In this document: positions 58,236 through 64,000 of the stretch, in pieces | Position numbering within the stretch: the first letter of the stretch is position 1 | How the letters are laid out: each line of letters begins with the position of its first letter | Origin: Podarcis filfolensis | Taxonomy: Eukaryota | NCBI GenBank assembly: GCA_964270895.1 | Contig: OZ185444.1 | Length of the DNA: 64,000 bases | Reading direction: 5' to 3' (one strand) | The notes under the pieces: generated by a model | Told to the model about the DNA's origin: nothing | The model's input: only the letters and a program-made list of their open reading frames with translations | Database searches by the model: none | Translations under genes and position numbers: made by a program

Positions 58236-60832
58236 AAATGATCTGCAAGGAGAGCAGAGAGGAAGGTGAGGCATGAGAGAGACAGAATGAGAAAGAAACA
58301 AAGTTCACCAGAAACATGGTCACCTTTCAGCAGGATCTTTTTAGGTGAAACAATACAAAATAGTCACAATAAAATGCCAATGGAATCGTACTTGAAAAAC
58401 AAGTAGATAAACATGAAATTTATCAAAAGAGAGAAAAATTCAGTCATTTTATATCAAATATACATAATAAAATTGCATGTCTGTGTAGACTTGTCTATAC
58501 ATTGAATGTGCCTCCCTAATATTAAAACTTCCTGCTTCTGTTTGTCTTTAAAATGTGCTGATTACTTCAGGGGCAAATAGCATGTGCCTTTCAACAGGAA
58601 AATGGCAAGAGGCCCCAATCCAAAATGAATAGCATGTTCCATTTCAGAGCTCTACAGAATTGGTTTTCCTTCAAAATAAAATAATATGAGTCCAAGAGCA
58701 TGAAATGTAGTGTATTTTCTGTTCCTTCAAAAGTATAATTTATGAATGTCAACCACTTTCTCATTATACAAAATTTTATTTTTTCAGTTGGACCCCCTGA
58801 TCACCCTATATACCAGGGGTGGTGGCTGTCCAAATGTTGCCGAACCCCAACTCCCACCACCCCCAGCCACCACAGCCCATGTTAGGGGTGATAGGAGCTG
58901 AAGTCCCAAAAATGTGGAGGGCCACAAGTTCCTCATTCCTGATACCTCCTCTCCCCTCCTCTGACACACATGCAAATTCATGTGAATTTGAACAGTTGCA
59001 CAGTCAAGCGAGAAAAAGCAAATGTGTGGTATAACTGATAACCAGGTCAAAGCATTCTTGTTGTAAACAAAGAGATTTGGCCTCCAAAGAGTAGTGAATA
59101 TTTGCAGAGTTAGTGAAAAGTGTGTTTTCCAAATGAAAAGCAATGAAAGAACTGAGGCGCATCTAATTAAAAATGCATATCAAGGCATAAAAAGACAATA
59201 TAAGGGAAAACAAACAGTGGAGATTGGAGTTGTTTGCAATAAATGTGGAGACCGTCTCCACGTAATGCAACTGTCCAGTGCAAGGATGGCTGTGCCGTTA
59301 AAGCAAGTGCTTTGCAGAAGTATAGCTTTTCATGCAATAGCAAAGGAAGACATTTGTGAGCCCTCCTCTGCCTGGCAAAAGCTGTGCCACCGCTGAAGGC
59401 GATGATAAGGTAATATTTAGAAAGTGCATCTCCTCAAAATGCCTTAGCCTAATCAGCACAAGGGTATTCCGAATGCTAACGAGCTTGGTCTCTCTGACTG
59501 AGAGGCGCAAAGTGGTCCCATGTGGCAAAGTTGGACTACAGGTGTATTTACTAGCAGGTGCCATGTAGGGGTGCTCACAGCACCAGAACATGACTTCTAC
59601 ATGTGCTTTGGAACTGAGAAAAGTCTGCAACTATAAAATCAGCTCTTGATTCAATTATGTGAGAGACGCAAATGTGCACGTGTTAAAGAGGTGTGGAAGT
59701 GTTCAAAGTGTCTATTGGTGAGCCACTAATATACAGATGGCACAAGTTGCTTTGCATTCCAGAGGACTAGCAAAATACCAGTGATCATGCATTCCCACTG
59801 CACTTGAATTGGACATTGCAATTAGTTCTTGGGAGCCAATATCTGTGCCTGTTGAACGTAAGACAGCAAGCTTGCCCAATCAATTCCTTTGTGTAGGTAA
59901 TGGCTTTGGCTGGCTAGTTAAGCACTATGATTAGCATAACCAAGGAAGTTGCTCTCTGCCATTGGACAAATGGCAACAACTAGCTGCTAGGTAGGAGAAC
60001 AAAAGACAGAGTGGGATGTGTGAGTGAGCCGGAATCGGGCTAGAAGCTGGAGACACAGAGGCATGCTTGTTCTGTGCTGGATTCAAAGCTGCAACTAATA
60101 TGTTTTTGAGTGTTAATACTGTGGTTGTATATATGTCTAAAAACAACAACACACCACCATATAACCTAAAGACACAACAGTCTCCACCAACCTTCATTTC
60201 AAGTGCTGGAATACCTGGAATCTCTCACTGCTCAGAGATTGGAATGGTGCGTAACAATAATAATAAAAAATCCTGTACATGGTTTACACAGAGAGATAAA
60301 AAATACTATTTTCAAAAAAGTGTGATTAAAATCAAAATGCAACTATGTATCACAAATAAAACTGAACAGTGTATACAACAAAAATTAAAAATTAAGACTA
60401 AGAGTCCACGAAGGCTTGAGAAAACATACGTTTTAAAGATGAGTTTAAAGGCAGTCTTAACTGTTACAGCTGTTTTGCTGTTTGGAAATGGCTAATAGCT
60501 TCTACAGTTAGCCATTTCTGGTGGCTTAAAAATCTCCCAGCCTTTCCCTGTAATAAACACTCAGGCCATTTCCTTCAATTCCAATAATCTGGACCTTGGC
60601 ATCTCCAGCTCCCCCCCTCTCTTTTTTTTAATTAGGCTATTCTCCTTCTCTGTGCTCAGCCTTCTGTTTGTATCCATACACCTCCGCTTGTTTTACAACC
60701 ACCTGGAAACACATGATGACAGGGTGTAGAAACAGCTTAGCTGGTGCGGGCTAGATAGCCATCAAAATGCCATGTTAGTTACGCAGGTGCTGCTGACTGA
60801 GGAATTGGCTCAGACACCGGCCTCCTAGAACA

Positions 60833-61032
60833 NNNNNNNNNNNNNNNNNNNNNNNNNNNNNNNNNNNNNNNNNNNNNNNNNNNNNNNNNNNNNNNNNNNN
60901 NNNNNNNNNNNNNNNNNNNNNNNNNNNNNNNNNNNNNNNNNNNNNNNNNNNNNNNNNNNNNNNNNNNNNNNNNNNNNNNNNNNNNNNNNNNNNNNNNNNN
61001 NNNNNNNNNNNNNNNNNNNNNNNNNNNNNNNN
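60833..61032. other. Assembly gap (200 N)
   Basis: Run of exactly 200 N. The round number suggests a scaffolding placeholder, so the true gap size is unknown. Confidence 0.98.
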
Positions 61033-62254
61033 GCTTTGGTCTCAGCCCTTGGACCCACTTGGCTCTCTTAAAGAACGATGTTCCAATCCAACAAGGGAAA
61101 TCACACAGGATCAGCCTTCTAAATGGGTAGCCCATGCAGGTGGAAAAGCAGTATTCAAATCTGTGTCTCAGAACTGAATTAAATTTGCTGGATGCATCCT
61201 TCATGCACACCTGCATCCGAGGCCACAGGTTGTTGCAAGCAAACTGGTTTCTGAAAACTAAATCTGAATTGGGTACGGATCCATATAAAAGGAGCACACA
61301 GACACCCTTGCCATCTGTGTTCCTGGCAAATGCTGCTGCTACTGAGAAAAGGCAAAGGCTATTTTCTCTTGGATTAAAAAACGAAGACCATCCCCTATGA
61401 TTTCTGTTGTGTATTGAATATGCACTACATTTCGAAGCACTTTTATTGCCATATTGCGCAGTGTGCTGTATTAATCACTCAACGCTTTCGAAAATGTATC
61501 ATTTAGGCCTGCTTGAAACATGTGAGAATAAATTATACTCTAATGGCTCTTCTGAATGTTAAATTATTACATTTATATGCCCGGAATGCTAATGTCTGTA
61601 TTTTCTACGTATGTACTGTAATAGACTAACAAATTAACATGAGTTACAGCACCAAAAGCTGGAACAGTTGAAAATCTGATTTGTCGGTTTGGTGCTGGAG
61701 TTGCAGAAAGGTTAAACAAAACCAGCCCTACACACTTTGACATGCAGGTAGCATTTTGAGATAACTTGGCTTTAATTATACTTGCTGGAGCTGAGCCAGG
61801 AAAATGGCCTTGAAAGCAAGTGAGAAAGTGAATGCCGTTGCCTGCAGTGCGATGTGTCGGTGGAAATATGAGGAGCAGCAGCACTTCTTTCATGTGTCCT
61901 GTCACAGTTCATCCCTGATTAGCCTGCTCCTTTCCAGATTCTTTGCATAAAAACATGTACCTTGTTAAAGAGGTACCAGGAGCAGTGGGAACTGGCTTGT
62001 GCTGAGTCAGACCATGGATGCATCCAGCTCAGTACTGGCTGCATACACTGACTGGCTGAAGCTCTCCAGAAATTCAGGCAGGGATCTTTCCCAGTCCTAC
62101 CCAGAAAAGACAGCCCATCTGCATACAACTCATGTGCTGTCATATGGACCTTCTCCATAGGTTCTTCCAACCAGCACTCAGAAAGATTCCTTTTTATGTT
62201 TCCATAAATGCCCCCTCATCCTGGCTTTTTAGCCAACTCTCCATCAAATAGCTG

Positions 62255-62535
62255 AAGGTCTGTCACATGGAAGATGCAGCGAGCTTGTTTTTGGTTGCTC
62301 CAGACTGTAGGACCCAAACCAAATAACAAGAAAGAAGATTCCGACTAAACATCAGGAAGAGCTTTCTGAGGGTAAGAGATGTTTGGCAGTGAAACAAACT
62401 GTCTCAAACTCTCCTTCACTAGAGGTTTTTAAGCAGAGGTTGGATGGCCATCTGTCAGTGATTCTTTAACTGAGATTCCTGCGTTGCAGGAGGTTGGGCT
62501 AGCTGACCCCTGGGGTCCCTTCCAACTCTACAGTT
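62255..62535 (+). mobile_element. CR1 LINE 3' end
   Basis: CATGGAAGATG..GAGCTTGTTTT...GATTCCGACTAAACATCAGGAAGAGCTTTCTG...AGAGGTTGGATGGCCATCTGTCA...GGGGTCCCTTCCAACTCTACAGTTC. Confidence 0.85.
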
Positions 62536-64000
62536 CAGTTATCAGTATTCTTCCTTAACTCCTTTCTTTAAAATAAATAAAGGGGTGATGTATTTGTGTG
62601 TGTTCCCCCATTCACCATGGACGCTGTTTTGGTCTGGCAATCTGTTACTGATTCAGAGATGTAGAGGGCAAGAGGGGGGAACTTTAAATGCATAAAAGAT
62701 GCTCCTTGCATCCACAACCAAAATAAATGTGCAATGGAAAGCTCCCTGCACCCAACTGTATTATAGCCATTCTGAATGCATTTCTGTAGGCTTTGGCACA
62801 GCAATAGGAGGCCATTGCTTAGGAAGAGGCCTTAGACTGTCTCTGCATCAGAGAATTGGCTCATCTAGTGCAGCATTGCCTATAATGATTGGCAAGGGCT
62901 CTCTAGGTTTTCAAGCAGGAGTCTTTCAGGCCCTCCCAGGAGGTGCCAGAAACTGAAGCCGGATGGTACTGGGTTCTGGTAAGTTCCCTGATCATTCTAG
63001 TCTGGTTCTTTCCTGAGGAAAACAGCAAATCTGCCACCAAATTCTGCTAGTGCCAGAATATAACAGGCTCTCTGACATCATCTTAGCTGAGCATTTACTG
63101 TCCCCTCCCCCCACCAAGCCCCACTATCATAGTTGTAATACATTACATCTAGCAGTGACTTCACATAAGATAGGGAACCAGAGAGTGAAACTTACCTGCA
63201 CTTCCTTCTTCAGCTTCCTTTTGAGTTCTGCACAGATGTTTGCAATTGAGCTCTGTCACCAACAGTCAGGTAATCAACAGTGGCTTATCCACTTATGTCA
63301 GTGTAGAGAATCATTCTTCGTTGTTCTGCAAACACATCCCATTTTCTTTTCCTTCTCCTTCTCGGAAAGTGGCATAGTACATTTGCAGATGAAATACTGC
63401 TCGCTGCTGTTCCCTGAAATGCAATTCCTTGTGAGGCTGTACTATTTACTATGGATGATTGTGGGATGGGGTGGGAGGGGCTTTCTTTTATCAAGATGCC
63501 CTGGATGAAGCTGGGTATCTGTGTTTAGGCCCAATCTCTGCACCTCCCCTCCAGCCAGGCACTAAGAATGTGCCACCTGCCTCCCATGCTCCCAAACCAG
63601 GGCTCTGATGCACTAGTTCAATTATTGCACTGTACACAGTACCTCTTCATTGTCTGCGCTGATATGCAGCAGACCAGGGGAACCCCAGAATCAGTGTGAG
63701 TGGTGTGATGCACACAGTGAATGGATGCAAAACAGCAACAAACACTCCTCACAGTGTCTTTAAGGGTGGTGTGGTTCTTTCCCTCTCCCTTCCCTTTTGT
63801 GCTTTGGGATTAATGTTCCTTCTTGTGGATATATCTCTAGATAGCTCATTTGGTTTTAGTTTTGGTTCTTTTTGCCTTTGTTTGCGGGACACAGGACTTT
63901 TTTTCAGCCAGAACTCACCAGAACTCAGTTCCAGCACCTCTCAGGTGGGCACCATTGCCGTTCTAAGAGAACAAGGGAGGGGTTCATGCTGAGTTCTGGC

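Noticed and set aside
60779-61297. ORFs spanning X residues
   Set aside because: Artefacts of translating through the 200-N gap.

Overview
A 64-kb window of a vertebrate nuclear genome. The repeat content (Sauria SINE, Squam2/Squam3-type tRNA SINEs, RTE-BovB, CR1, L2, reptile-type L1) points to a squamate reptile; a lacertid lizard is my inference. It is mostly non-coding and dense in transposable elements. I could not assemble or name any host protein-coding gene, and almost all ORFs in the track are spurious or repeat-derived. Well supported by visible TIRs or TSDs: two 5'-truncated L1 copies, a Sauria SINE, a BovB 3' fragment, several hAT and Tc1/mariner MITEs, and two near-identical solo LTRs with separate 5-bp TSDs. 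Two Gypsy gag relics are supported by protein motifs. Most notable: a 1.2-kb mariner-type MITE carrying a 45-bp perfect palindrome and a homogenised 119-bp GC-rich tandem array; a protein-like unassigned 150-aa ORF at 41.5-42.0 kb; a duplicated exon/donor-like module at 11.8 and 21.05 kb; and several candidate promoters and exons. There is a 200-N assembly gap at 60833-61032. I found no CRISPR, rRNA or intact tRNA gene, and nothing that I can show to be a new biological system.
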